From an uncultured delta proteobacterium (lineage in GTDB: Bacteria; Myxococcota_A; Polyangia; Polyangiales; Polyangiaceae), in the NCBI GenBank assembly GCA_963782055.1, contig CAWAIF010000003.1:3392001-3456000 (forward strand): a stretch of 64,000 nucleotides of DNA, given 5' to 3'. The first letter of the stretch is position 1, and every line of letters starts with the position of its first letter. Both the position numbers and the translations under genes were made by a program. Positions 39,065-48,583 of this stretch are shown here, piece by piece. A model generated the notes under the pieces. It saw nothing but the letters and a program-made list of their open reading frames with translations, was not told the origin of the DNA and did not search any database.

Positions 39065-41134
39065 TCAGGCCTTGGGCTTGGCGGGCTCGGCGATGACCGT
39101 GCGGCCTCCGATGACCTGCCCGGCGAGGGCGCCGATGGCGCGCTGCAGGTCCTCCGGCCGGACGCCCACGAAGGAAATGCGGTCGCGGATGCGGATGCGA
39201 CCGGTGTCCTTGCGCTCGATGCCGGCGTTGTCGGTGAGGAGGCGCTGCAAATCGGAGGCGCGGGCGCCATCGCGGCGGCCGATGTTGACGAAGATCTGGG
39301 TGAAGCCCTCCTCGGCCTCCGGCTCGGCGCCGCGCGAGCGCTCCTCGCGGTGCGCCTTGCCCTCTCCCTCGGGCCTGGGGTCGCGGGGGGCGCGCTTGAG
39401 GGTGACGGGCTCGGAGTCGGCCGACTCCTCGCGGTAGCTCGGCAGGGGCGGGGGCTCCTGCTCCACCTTGCCGAGGATGGGCTTGTCGTCGTCCTGCTCC
39501 GGCGGGGGCTCCCACTCGGTGTAGGAGGCGTGGGGGGCGCGGCGCTCGCCGCGGCGATCGGTACGGCCGCTGGAGGACCGCAGGGCGGGCGCGGCGCGCG
39601 GGCGCTCGCCGCGTCCTTCGGCAGGCGTGCGGGCCTCGTGCTCGCGCGGCCGGCGGGGCTCGTGCTCGCGCGGCGGGCGGGCCTCGCGCTCGCGCGGCGG
39701 GCGGGCCTCGCGCTCGCGGGTGGCGCGGGGCTTCTCGACCTGCACCGGCGGGGGGTTCTTCGCGCGGCGGGCCTCGGCCGCGGCGACGCGAGGGTCGTCC
39801 TTGCGGGCGCCCAGGTGGTCGCGGAGCAGGCCGGCGACGATGACCTCGCCGTCGGCGTGGGTGAGCAGGCGGCGGGCGAGGGCCAGGTCGTCCGGATGCA
39901 CCGGTCGCGCGCCGTACGCCTCCGAGAACATGGCGACGAGGTCCGCCTCCTCCCGCGTCTTCATCTCCATCGCGGAGGGGAGCTGCTTCTCGATCGGGCG
40001 GATCTTGTAGGTGAGGCGCATCAGGTAGAGCGCGCCCATGTCCTTCGGGCCGATCATGCTGATGGCGGTGCCGGTGCGGCCGGCGCGGCCGGTGCGGCCG
40101 GTGCGGTGCACGTAGTACTCGGCCGACTCGGGGAAGTCGGCGTTGATGACGTGCGTCAGGTGCGAGATGTCGATGCCGCGGGCGGCGACGTCGGTCGCCA
40201 CCAGGAAGCGCAGCTTGCCCTCGCGCGTGCGCTGCATGATGCGCTCGCGCTCCTTCTGCTCCAGGTCGCCGTTGAGCCACTCCGCCTCGTAGCCGTTGCT
40301 CTTGAGCAGCTCGGCCAGGCGCTCGGTCTCGTCCTTGGTGTTGCAGAAGATGATCGCGCTCTCCGGGTCCTCGACCTCCAGCACGCGAACCAGCGCGCCC
40401 CGCTTGTCGCCGCCGGGGACCAGATAGACGAAGTGCTGGATCTGCAGCGCGCCGACCTGATCGCTGGAGAGGGTGATGAACTCCGGCTCCCTGAGCTTGT
40501 TGTTGGCGAGGCGCTCGATGTCCGGGGGGATGGTGGCGCTGAAGAAGAGGCCCTGCCGCTCCTTGGGGAGCGACTCGACGATCTCCGACAGCTCCTTGGC
40601 GAAGCCCATCGAGAGCATCTCGTCCGCCTCGTCCAGGACGAGGATCTTGATGTTGGAGGTGTCCAGGGTGCCGCGGCGGATGTGGTCCAGCACGCGGCCA
40701 GGCGTGCCGGAGACGATCTGCGCGCCGCCGGCGAGGGCCTCGACCTGCGGACCCATGGCGGCGCCGCCGTAGATGGCGATGAGCTTGGTGCCGCGGAACT
40801 GGGCGAGCTGCTCCAGCTCGCGCGTGACCTGCAGGGCGAGCTCGCGCGTGGGCGTGAGGATGAGCGCCTGCACCGCGGCCAGGTTCTTCTTCACGAGGCA
40901 GTCCAGGATGGGCAGCCCGAACGCCGCTGTCTTGCCGGTGCCGGTGCGGGCCTGCACGACGAGGTTCTTGCCGCGCGTGGCCGGCTCGAACACCGCGAGC
41001 TGCACGGGCGTGGGGTGGACGTAACCCATGGCGTCCACAGCCTTGCGGATGTCGGCGGAGAGGGGCAGCTCGTCGAAGGTGGGCGCGGTGGCGCTCTGGG
41101 TGGTCTGGGTGGTCTCGGTGGTCTCGGTGATCAT
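39065..41134 (-). CDS. DEAD-box RNA helicase with DbpA-type RNA-binding C-terminus (DeaD/CsdA-like)
   Basis: ARTGTGKT, PTRELA, TPGR, DEAD, SAT, ARGID, HRTGRTGR; IFVNIGRRDG C-terminal domain. Confidence 0.95.
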   Translation of the reverse strand: MITETTETTQTTQSATAPTFDELPLSADIRKAVDAMGYVHPTPVQLAVFEPATRGKNLVVQARTGTGKTAAFGLPILDCLVKKNLAAVQALILTPTRELALQVTRELEQLAQFRGTKLIAIYGGAAMGPQVEALAGGAQIVSGTPGRVLDHIRRGTLDTSNIKILVLDEADEMLSMGFAKELSEIVESLPKERQGLFFSATIPPDIERLANNKLREPEFITLSSDQVGALQIQHFVYLVPGGDKRGALVRVLEVEDPESAIIFCNTKDETERLAELLKSNGYEAEWLNGDLEQKERERIMQRTREGKLRFLVATDVAARGIDISHLTHVINADFPESAEYYVHRTGRTGRAGRTGTAISMIGPKDMGALYLMRLTYKIRPIEKQLPSAMEMKTREEADLVAMFSEAYGARPVHPDDLALARRLLTHADGEVIVAGLLRDHLGARKDDPRVAAAEARRAKNPPPVQVEKPRATREREARPPREREARPPREHEPRRPREHEARTPAEGRGERPRAAPALRSSSGRTDRRGERRAPHASYTEWEPPPEQDDDKPILGKVEQEPPPLPSYREESADSEPVTLKRAPRDPRPEGEGKAHREERSRGAEPEAEEGFTQIFVNIGRRDGARASDLQRLLTDNAGIERKDTGRIRIRDRISFVGVRPEDLQRAIGALAGQVIGGRTVIAEPAKPKA

Positions 41135-41300
41135 CAGGTGTGGTCGTCTCGGGATGGGCTCTGCAGCGGCTCCGGGCTCCGGCGGACTGTTCGGCGGTCG
41201 GCCTCGATTCCTGCGGCGGCCTCGGGGTCATAGCGCGAAGAAGCCCGCCGATACAGGTGTACTTCTGGTGGAAGAGGCAAAATCGCGCTAGTTGGGCTGC

Positions 41301-41750
41301 ATGGCCGAGGAGGAAGCTGCCCGGCGGGGGCGGCGCTACCGCAACATCGCGAGCATGGTCGTCCTTGCGGTCGCGGTGGCGTTCGTCATCTCGACGGCGT
41401 GGCAGATCACCGCCTCCCTGTTCGGTCTGACGGACGAGCGGGTGGCGCCTCACGGCCCGCCCGCGGCCTGCGTCGAGGGGATCCGGGGGCTCGCCGCGGG
41501 GCTGGACCGGGCGTCGGTCGCGGCGGCGAGCGCGCGGACGGAGGAGGAGGCGCGCCAGACGTTCGCCACGTCGGTGAAGGCGCAGTGGACGGGGGCGCCG
41601 GCCGTGGAGGCGGCGTGCGCGGCGGACCGCCACGGGACCGACGCCTACACCGCGCTGCTCCGGCTGCGGCGGGTGATGGAGACGGAGACCGGGGACGGCG
41701 CGCGGGCGGTGGCCCCGCTGCGGGCGGAGCTGGAGGGCAGGCTCCACTAG
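41301..41750 (+). CDS. Hypothetical single-TM protein
   Basis: N-terminal TM helix followed by a helical domain with two Cys. Confidence 0.65.
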   Translation: MAEEEAARRGRRYRNIASMVVLAVAVAFVISTAWQITASLFGLTDERVAPHGPPAACVEGIRGLAAGLDRASVAAASARTEEEARQTFATSVKAQWTGAPAVEAACAADRHGTDAYTALLRLRRVMETETGDGARAVAPLRAELEGRLH

Positions 41751-41811
41751 CCGGTCGGTAGGGCCGGCGGCCAGACGGGGCAGGGGCCTCTCCCCGCGAG
41801 ATCTTGCCTCC

Positions 41812-41847
41812 AGCGTCGCATTGCAAGCATGCGTGCAATCGGACGCT
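41812..41847. repeat. REP-like extragenic palindrome, copy 2
   Basis: AGCGTCGCATTGCAAGCATGCGTGCAATCGGACGCT. Confidence 0.65.
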
Positions 41848-41992
41848 TGGGCCGTGGCGGGGTGGCTTGACGGGTGGGAGGCTTCTCCTACATAGTCTTC
41901 AAAACATTTTGAAGGATTCGAGCGCGAGCCGTCGGCGCGCCCGAAGGACTGGAACCGACCCAGGCCGACGCGGCGGGAAGGTCGTGCACTCG

Positions 41993-43030
41993 ATGGAACC
42001 TGCCCTGGGCGCCAGCACCCTCCGCGACACCGCTACGCTGGAACGCGTGGGACCCCGGACGGCCATGCGCCTGGCAGAGGTGGCGGAGCTCTTCGCAGCC
42101 GACATGGCGTACGTGGAGACGGCGCTGCGCGCGGAGGCGCGCGAGGGCCTCTCGCCGGCGGTCGACGCGGCCTCGCACCTGCTCGAGGCGGGCGGCAAGC
42201 GCGTGCGGCCCCTCTGCGTCCTGCTCGCCGCCGCGTGCTTCGGCGATGTCCTGCCGCCCGCCACGCGCGACCTGGCGCTCGCCTCCGAGATGGTTCACCT
42301 CGCCACGCTCCTCCACGACGACGTGGTGGATGACGGGCAGGAGCGTCGCGGTCAGGCGACCGCCCGCCGGCTCTGGGGCAACGCCGTGAGCGTGCTCGCG
42401 GGCGACCTGCTGCTCACGCACGCGCTCGAACGCACCGCCGCGGCGTCGCCCGGCCCGACGCTGGACGACCTCTTCAAGACGCTGCGCCGCCTGGTGGACG
42501 GCGAGATCGTCCAGCTCCGGGGCCGCACCGAGCTGGATACGCGCGAGGCGACCTACTTCACCATCGTGCGCGACAAGACGGCGTCGCTCTTCGCGTGGGC
42601 GGCGCGCTCCGGCGCGCGCGCGGCGGGGGCGCCGGAGGCGGCGGTGGCCGCGCTGGGCGATTTCGGGTCGCACCTGGGCGTGGCCTTCCAGCTCGTCGAC
42701 GACGCGCTCGACTACGCCGGCGAGGCGCGTCACACCGGCAAGTCCCTGCTCGCCGACCTGCACGAGGGCAAGCTGACCCTGCCGCTCCTGCGCGCCGTGC
42801 AGGCAGCGCCGGCGCTGTTGCCGCTGCTCTCCGCCGCGCGCGGGGGCGACGAGGTCGCCTCGGCCCGCCTGCTCTCGGCCGTGCGCGAGTCGCGGGGCGT
42901 GGAGGAGGCCAAGACGCTCGCGCGGAAGGAGACGCAGGCGGCCCTCGCCGCCCTCGCGCTCGTCCCCGCCTCGCGGGCGCGCGAGCTGCTCGCCTGCGTC
43001 GCGGAGGAGCTCGCCGGCCGCATTGCTTAA
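41993..43030 (+). CDS. Polyprenyl diphosphate synthase (IspB-like)
   Basis: GGKRVRP, LHDDVVD..RRG (FARM), KTASLF, FQLVDDALD (SARM), DLHEGKLTLP. Confidence 0.93.
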   Translation: MEPALGASTLRDTATLERVGPRTAMRLAEVAELFAADMAYVETALRAEAREGLSPAVDAASHLLEAGGKRVRPLCVLLAAACFGDVLPPATRDLALASEMVHLATLLHDDVVDDGQERRGQATARRLWGNAVSVLAGDLLLTHALERTAAASPGPTLDDLFKTLRRLVDGEIVQLRGRTELDTREATYFTIVRDKTASLFAWAARSGARAAGAPEAAVAALGDFGSHLGVAFQLVDDALDYAGEARHTGKSLLADLHEGKLTLPLLRAVQAAPALLPLLSAARGGDEVASARLLSAVRESRGVEEAKTLARKETQAALAALALVPASRARELLACVAEELAGRIA

Positions 43031-43075
43031 GTGTGGTCCGGGCGAAACGGGCGCGTGTATCTTGCACCCAGGCTC

Positions 43076-43663
43076 ATGAGCCACGACAAGCGCGCGCTTT
43101 GGCCCAGCGAGGTGCTGGTGACCGACATCGTCGGCCGCCTCATCGAGTTCTGGGGCTTCAAGCGAAACATGGGGCGGGTGTGGGCGATGCTCTACCTGTC
43201 ACCGGACCCGCAGAGCGCGGAGGATCTGCGCCACGCCCTGCGGCTGTCCAGCGGCGCGGTATCCATGACCCTCTCCGAGCTCTCGCGCTGGGGGGTGGTG
43301 CGAAAGGTGTGGCTCGCGGGCGAGCGCAAGGACTTCTACACGGCGGAGGTGCAGCTTTGGAAGATGATCTCCCGCGTGTTCAACGAGCGCGAGAAGGCGG
43401 AGATCGACGTGGCGATCGAGTCGTTCGAGGAAGCGCTGGAATCGCTCGCGGCGATGCGCGACCAGGCGACGCGCAAGCACGGGGCCGAGCGCGCGCAGCT
43501 GCTCGCGCGCATCGACCTGCAGCGCGAGCGCATCGAGCACCTGCTGGAGCTGGCCCGGCTGGGCAAGCGACTGCTGGACGCGCTGCTCTCCACCGCCAAG
43601 CTGGACGCCGAGCCGCTCGTGCGCTTCTTGCTGGGGCGGCAGCAGCGCTCTCCCTCGCGCTGA
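43076..43663 (+). CDS. GbsR/MarR-family transcriptional regulator
   Basis: WGFKRNMGRVWAMLYLS...LRLSSGAVSMTLSELSRWGVVRKV...GERKDFY. Confidence 0.85.
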   Translation: MSHDKRALWPSEVLVTDIVGRLIEFWGFKRNMGRVWAMLYLSPDPQSAEDLRHALRLSSGAVSMTLSELSRWGVVRKVWLAGERKDFYTAEVQLWKMISRVFNEREKAEIDVAIESFEEALESLAAMRDQATRKHGAERAQLLARIDLQRERIEHLLELARLGKRLLDALLSTAKLDAEPLVRFLLGRQQRSPSR

Positions 43664-45045
43664 CGACGACCCTCGCGCGCGCCGACCCGCCGCCCATCAC
43701 CGACAACCACTACTCCATCGAGCTGTTCCAGGGCCCGGTGCTCGCCTCCTCGCGCATCCTCGGGCTCGGCGGCGCGTACGTGGGCGTCGCGGAGGGCGAG
43801 GACGGCACCGCGTCCAACGTCGCCGCCCCCGCGGTGCGCGAGGCGTACAGCGTGCACCACGTCGAGCTGGAGCCGGAGGGGAGCGTGTACTTCCCGGGCG
43901 CCTTCGCCGGGACCGACTTCGAGAACCGCGGGTCGGTGGCCTCGCGCCGGGCGGCGGGCGTGGAGAACTTCCTCTACGTCGGCGGGGGGATGCTGCTGCA
44001 GGTCGGGCCCTTCGGCGCCGCCGCGACGCTCGACTACCAGCGCTACGACGTCATCCCGCCCTCCGGCGGCACCGCCCTCGGCCTGGAGGTGCTGCGCGGT
44101 CACCTCATCGCCGCGTGGGGCTTCTTCCATCACCAGCTCGCCCTGGGCGCCGGGCTGCACGTCGTGACGATGTCCCTCTCGCAGACCGGGCTGCCGCTCT
44201 CCCCCCCGAGCGGCGTGGGCCCGGAGGTGGGCGCGTTGCTGCGCCTCGACGGGCAGCCATGGCGCCTCGGCGCGACGCTGCGCGGCCCGGTGCAGGGCAG
44301 CTTCGGCGCGAGCGGCACCGCCGGCGCCGACGGCATCCGCCGGTCCGACGGCTACGTGCTGCCCGACGCCGTGGTGGTCCCCGCGCAGCTCGAGGTGGGC
44401 GTGGCGGTGCAGCTCGGGCCGCGCCCGCTCAACCCGCCCTGGACCGATCCGGCGGATCTCTCGGCGCCGGTGCGCGCGCGTATCAACCGCGACCGCGAGG
44501 CCCGCCAGGCGAAGCGCGACGCCGAGCTCGCCCGCGTGCAGGACCCCGACGCGCACGAGGCCCTCGCGCGGGAGCTGGAGGAGACCGAGCGCGCCATTCG
44601 CGTCGTGGAGGACGCCCGCATCGACGCCGAGGAGGCGAGGCTGCTCGCGCAGGCGCGCGCGCGCTACGCCAACTGGCCGCGCCCGCACGTGCTCGTCGTC
44701 GCGAGCGTGCTGGCGACGGCGCCGGTGGGCGACGCCGTGGCGGTCTCCAGCTTCCTCGACCAGGTGCGCGAGCCGTACGGCCGCGGGTGGACCGCCTCGG
44801 TGCGCTACGGCATCGAGGGCGAGCCGATCCCCGATCGCTTTCGCCTGCGATTCGGCGGCTACCTCGAGCCCTCCCTCTTCGAGGACGGCGGCGCGCGCCA
44901 GCACTTCACCTTCGGCGGCGACGTGAAGCTCTTCTCCTTCGACCTGTTCGGGATCCTGGCGCCGACGGTGTGGCAGCTGAGCTTCGCCGGCGACGTGGCG
45001 CCGCGCTACTCCAACTGGGGCCTCAGCCTCGGCGTCTGGCATTAG
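43619..45045 (+). CDS. Outer-membrane beta-barrel protein (FadL-like N-terminus); start codon unresolved
   Basis: Signal-peptide-like AAAALSLALTTTLARA, SRILGLGGAYVGVAEG...NVAA, beta-strand pattern, ends WGLSLGVWH. Confidence 0.65.
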
Positions 45046-45108
45046 CGGTCTGCCAACGAGTCTCCCGCGTGGAGGGTCGCTCTCGCCGGAGAGCCCGTGC
45101 CCCGCCAA

Positions 45109-46140
45109 TCAGTTCAGGGCGCTCGTCGCGCGCTTCACCTCGGCGTCAGGCTCGAGGAAGACCGCGGTGATCTCCCGCTCCAGCGCCGCCAGCAGCTCGT
45201 CCTCGAGGTGCTCGACCGCGCCGGCCGCGCGCTCCACGTTGCGCTGGTAGACGAAGATGCGGCAGCGGCGCGCGTCGGGCGAGCCGCCGAGCGTCGCCTC
45301 CTGAAGGGCGTCCGGCGGGGGAGGGGAGTCGATGATCATGAGCGCGCGCGGGTCGACGCCGTCGACCACCAGCTCGGCCCCGGGGACGTCGACGACGTAG
45401 ACCTCTGCCTCCCGCACGTAGCGGCCGAGCAGCGCGTCCAGCTTGCGCAGCGTGCCCTCCACCAGCGTGGCGAAGGTCTCCGGCGAGGGCGCCCACGCGG
45501 GGCCCTCGCGGCCGACGTCCAGCGCGCGCGCGCGGAGGAAGGCCTCGGTCGCGCCGCGGGTGTCGCCGCGCTCGTCCCGCACCAGCCCCAGGTAGTACTG
45601 GGCATCGGCGTGGGCAGGGTCGCGGTGGGCGGCGTCCTCGATGAGGGGGCCGGCGCGCTGCATGTCGCCCAGCTCGTAGTAGGCGCGGCCGATGAGGAAA
45701 GTGTAGTTGGCGTTGTCGAACGGCCCCTCGGGCAAGAGCTTCATGATCCGCTGCGCCTCCTCCATGTCGCCCTTGGTCATCAGCGCGTCCACCTTCAACA
45801 GCAGGCAGTCGGCGATCTCTTCGGGGGTCTCCGCCAGCTCGTACGCGTCGTCGCACATCCGCACGGCCTCGTCCCAGTCGCCCATCGGGTGCATGAGCAC
45901 CTCCGCGGCGTTGAGCATGGCCTCGAAGTAGGTCTCGTCGAGGGCGATGGCCTGGCGGTAGTGGTCAAGCGCTTCCTCGGCGTCCCCGGCGAGGGCGGCG
46001 GTGTAGCCGAGGAGGTTGTGCACCTCCGGCGACTGCGGGTCCAGCTCCAGGGCGCGCTTGGCGCAAGCGGCGGCGCCGACCGCGTCCCCCTTCTGGGCGA
46101 GGTCCCAACCGCGATCAAGCGTGGCGCTGAGCTGGTCCAT
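45109..46140 (-). CDS. TPR protein with C-terminal degenerate zincin-like domain
   Basis: Multiple TPRs; IFVYQRNVER...ELLAALEREITAVF (no HExxH). Confidence 0.8.
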   Translation of the reverse strand: MDQLSATLDRGWDLAQKGDAVGAAACAKRALELDPQSPEVHNLLGYTAALAGDAEEALDHYRQAIALDETYFEAMLNAAEVLMHPMGDWDEAVRMCDDAYELAETPEEIADCLLLKVDALMTKGDMEEAQRIMKLLPEGPFDNANYTFLIGRAYYELGDMQRAGPLIEDAAHRDPAHADAQYYLGLVRDERGDTRGATEAFLRARALDVGREGPAWAPSPETFATLVEGTLRKLDALLGRYVREAEVYVVDVPGAELVVDGVDPRALMIIDSPPPPDALQEATLGGSPDARRCRIFVYQRNVERAAGAVEHLEDELLAALEREITAVFLEPDAEVKRATSALN

Positions 46141-46208
46141 CCCCGCTGCCGCTTACATTTCGCACTCTAGGCGTCGCGTCAAGCCCGCGTTTCGCCCCCG
46201 CAGTGCGA

Positions 46209-46572
46209 TCACCGGTAGGGCGCCTGCGGCACGGCGGCCCGCAGGGCGTCGACCCAGGCGTCGCGGTCCTGCACCACGAAGCGCTCCCGGCGGCCGTCGC
46301 GCATGAGCACGACGAGCTGGTTGGGGACGATCGCACAGCGAGCGGCCACCCTCCGTCGCGGCGACGTGCTCCAGACGCAGGCTGGTGTCGCCGCCGCGGA
46401 CGTTGACCGCGTGCGGACGGAAGTGCAGCCGCCGGTTGGTCAGCGTGAGCCACCCGCCGACGGCCTCCATGCCGCGCCAGTGGTTGGCGGGGCCGGCGTG
46501 GAGGACGAGCTCGTCCGCGGGAAAGGAGGGCAGGGCCCCGCCGAGCATGTGGAAGCGGTCGGCGCTCATCAC
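46209..46572 (-). pseudogene. GRAM/PH-like small protein with apparent +1 frameshift near 46335
   Basis: ANHWRGMEAVGGWLTLTNRRLHFRPH continues in another frame as IVPNQLVVLMRDGRRERFVVQDRDAWVDAL...*. Confidence 0.65.
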
Positions 46573-46642
46573 GGCGTGAGCTTGCCACGCGCGCCGCTGG
46601 CCGCCCAGCCCGGCGTCGGGTCGCGCAACAATCGCGTGGGGC

Positions 46643-48367
46643 CTACTCGTCGTGCACGACGACGCGGGTGCCGGGGTGCTCCGGCGTCGCCCAGACCGCG
46701 TGCCAGCCCTGCGGGAGCTGCGGCTCCGTCCAGTTGAACAGGGCGCGCGCGTCGTCGGGCGAGAGGTTCACGCAGCCGTGGCTCTTCTCGTGGCCGAAGC
46801 TGTTGTGCCAGAAGGCGCCGTGCAGCGCGTAGCTCTTGTTGAAGTACATGATCCACGGCACGTCCTCGATCGAGTAGGGGCCGTCGCTCGCGACGTCGCC
46901 GTCCATCGTCGCGGCGATGTGCTTCTCGCGGATGCGGAAGGAGCCAGCCGGCGTCTTGTGGTCCTTCTCCTTGTCCTTCTTGTCTTCCCTGCCGGTGGAC
47001 ACCAGGGTCGCGTAGACCGGCTTGTCGCCGATGAAGGCCACGAGGGACTGGTTCTTCAGGTTGACGTCGATCCACTTCTCGCCGGGGGCGAGGTCGCTCG
47101 GCGGCGGGCCGGGGTGCATCACCACAATCTCCCGCTCGCGCAGCCAGTAGCCCTGATCGGTCTCCTGGTAGTAGACGCCGCCGACGTTCTTGCGCTGGCC
47201 GGTGAGGCCCACCGGCGTGTAGCGCGAGACCTGCTCGTCGGAGCGCTTGGCGTGCTCGAAGTCGTCGCTCAGCGTGTACTTGTGCGCGTGCACCCAGGAG
47301 ACGAAGGCGAGCGGCAGGTGCGTCGGCGGCTTGTCCACCCAGTACGGCGGGGCGGCGCCGCCGTCCTGCGCGACCGCGGGTGGGTAGGAGGGCGGGGTGT
47401 CGGTGTTCAGCCACACGCCGTGGAAGTCGGTGAGCTGCTTGGCGACGAACATCCGGTTGTACGGCGCGACGAAGCCGTAGGTGGTCTTCCACCACCGGAC
47501 GTGATGGACCTTCATCTGCTTGTCCAGGCTCACGTAGAAGCCCTTGACCATGCGGCGCACGATGATGGGGTCCTCGCCCTTGAGATCATCGAGGGTGACC
47601 TGAGGCTTGCCGCCGTCCCAGTCGCGCAGGTACCAGGGCACGCCCGCGTCGTCGTCGTCCTCGTCGATCCCGAAGGCCACGCCGAGCGCGCTGCCCTGGT
47701 TGTTGACCGTCGGGTCCACACCGGCGTCGTAGTCGACGTAGGGGTTGTCCTCCTCGATCTTGGGCTTGGGCTTCTTGACCAGCCACGGCTCGTACTGCAG
47801 CCGCTGCTCGCGCGACGGCACGGTCCGGTAGAGCGGCGTGCCGTTGCGGACGTTGTAGGCGTAGTCGTAGGGCAGCCCGCGATCGAGGAAGGGCGGGTGG
47901 GGGGCGTTGAGCAGGCGCGGGTGGTTCAGGTCCATCGACGCGTACTTGGCGCAGACGAAGCCGCCCTGCACCAGCTCGTACCAGCCCTCCTTGCACTTGG
48001 AGTTGACGTGCGGCTCGGGGAAGACGGGGACCTTGGCGCCCTGGCGGAGGTAGCCGATGCGCATCGGCCCCTGCGGGCGATCGTCGTGGCGGCGCCGCTC
48101 TTCCTCCTCCTTGGTGGGCCAGTCCATCTCGCTCATGATGGGCGTCTGCATGAAGAGCGCGCCGATGAGCGGGTAGGTCTCGCCGGCGTCCGCCGGGGCC
48201 GCGACGTGGTGGATGACCGCCGTCGTCGCGGCGGTGGTGGGGGCCGCGCCCGCGTCGCTCGCCCGGGGCGGCGGGGCGGGCGGCGCGCCTCTGGAGTCGG
48301 TGCAGCCCTCCGCCAAAGCGACGGCGGCGAGCATTCCGAGAGTGCAGAACACGAGCGAACGGGACAT
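46643..48367 (-). CDS. L,D-transpeptidase (YkuD domain) lipoprotein
   Basis: WIDVNLKNQSL, VSTG, TPAGSF, ALHGAFWH...SHGCVNL; leader ending AEGC. Confidence 0.92.
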   Translation of the reverse strand: MSRSLVFCTLGMLAAVALAEGCTDSRGAPPAPPPRASDAGAAPTTAATTAVIHHVAAPADAGETYPLIGALFMQTPIMSEMDWPTKEEEERRRHDDRPQGPMRIGYLRQGAKVPVFPEPHVNSKCKEGWYELVQGGFVCAKYASMDLNHPRLLNAPHPPFLDRGLPYDYAYNVRNGTPLYRTVPSREQRLQYEPWLVKKPKPKIEEDNPYVDYDAGVDPTVNNQGSALGVAFGIDEDDDDAGVPWYLRDWDGGKPQVTLDDLKGEDPIIVRRMVKGFYVSLDKQMKVHHVRWWKTTYGFVAPYNRMFVAKQLTDFHGVWLNTDTPPSYPPAVAQDGGAAPPYWVDKPPTHLPLAFVSWVHAHKYTLSDDFEHAKRSDEQVSRYTPVGLTGQRKNVGGVYYQETDQGYWLREREIVVMHPGPPPSDLAPGEKWIDVNLKNQSLVAFIGDKPVYATLVSTGREDKKDKEKDHKTPAGSFRIREKHIAATMDGDVASDGPYSIEDVPWIMYFNKSYALHGAFWHNSFGHEKSHGCVNLSPDDARALFNWTEPQLPQGWHAVWATPEHPGTRVVVHDE

Positions 48368-48583
48368 CGTACGGCCGAGTCTTCCTAGTACCCCCCTTAC
48401 GACCTGTCGATCCAGTTCTTGGCAGACAGACCGGGGGCGGCGAGCGGGGCGGGCAATTGATGTGGGCGTTGGGGGGCTGGGCATGGCAGGCTACCGCCGT
48501 GCTTGCGACGGCCGTGCCCGCGGGCGACAAGGAACATCCTGGGGATTTCGACGGTCCTTGGGGTGTGACGTCAAGAGGCAGGC

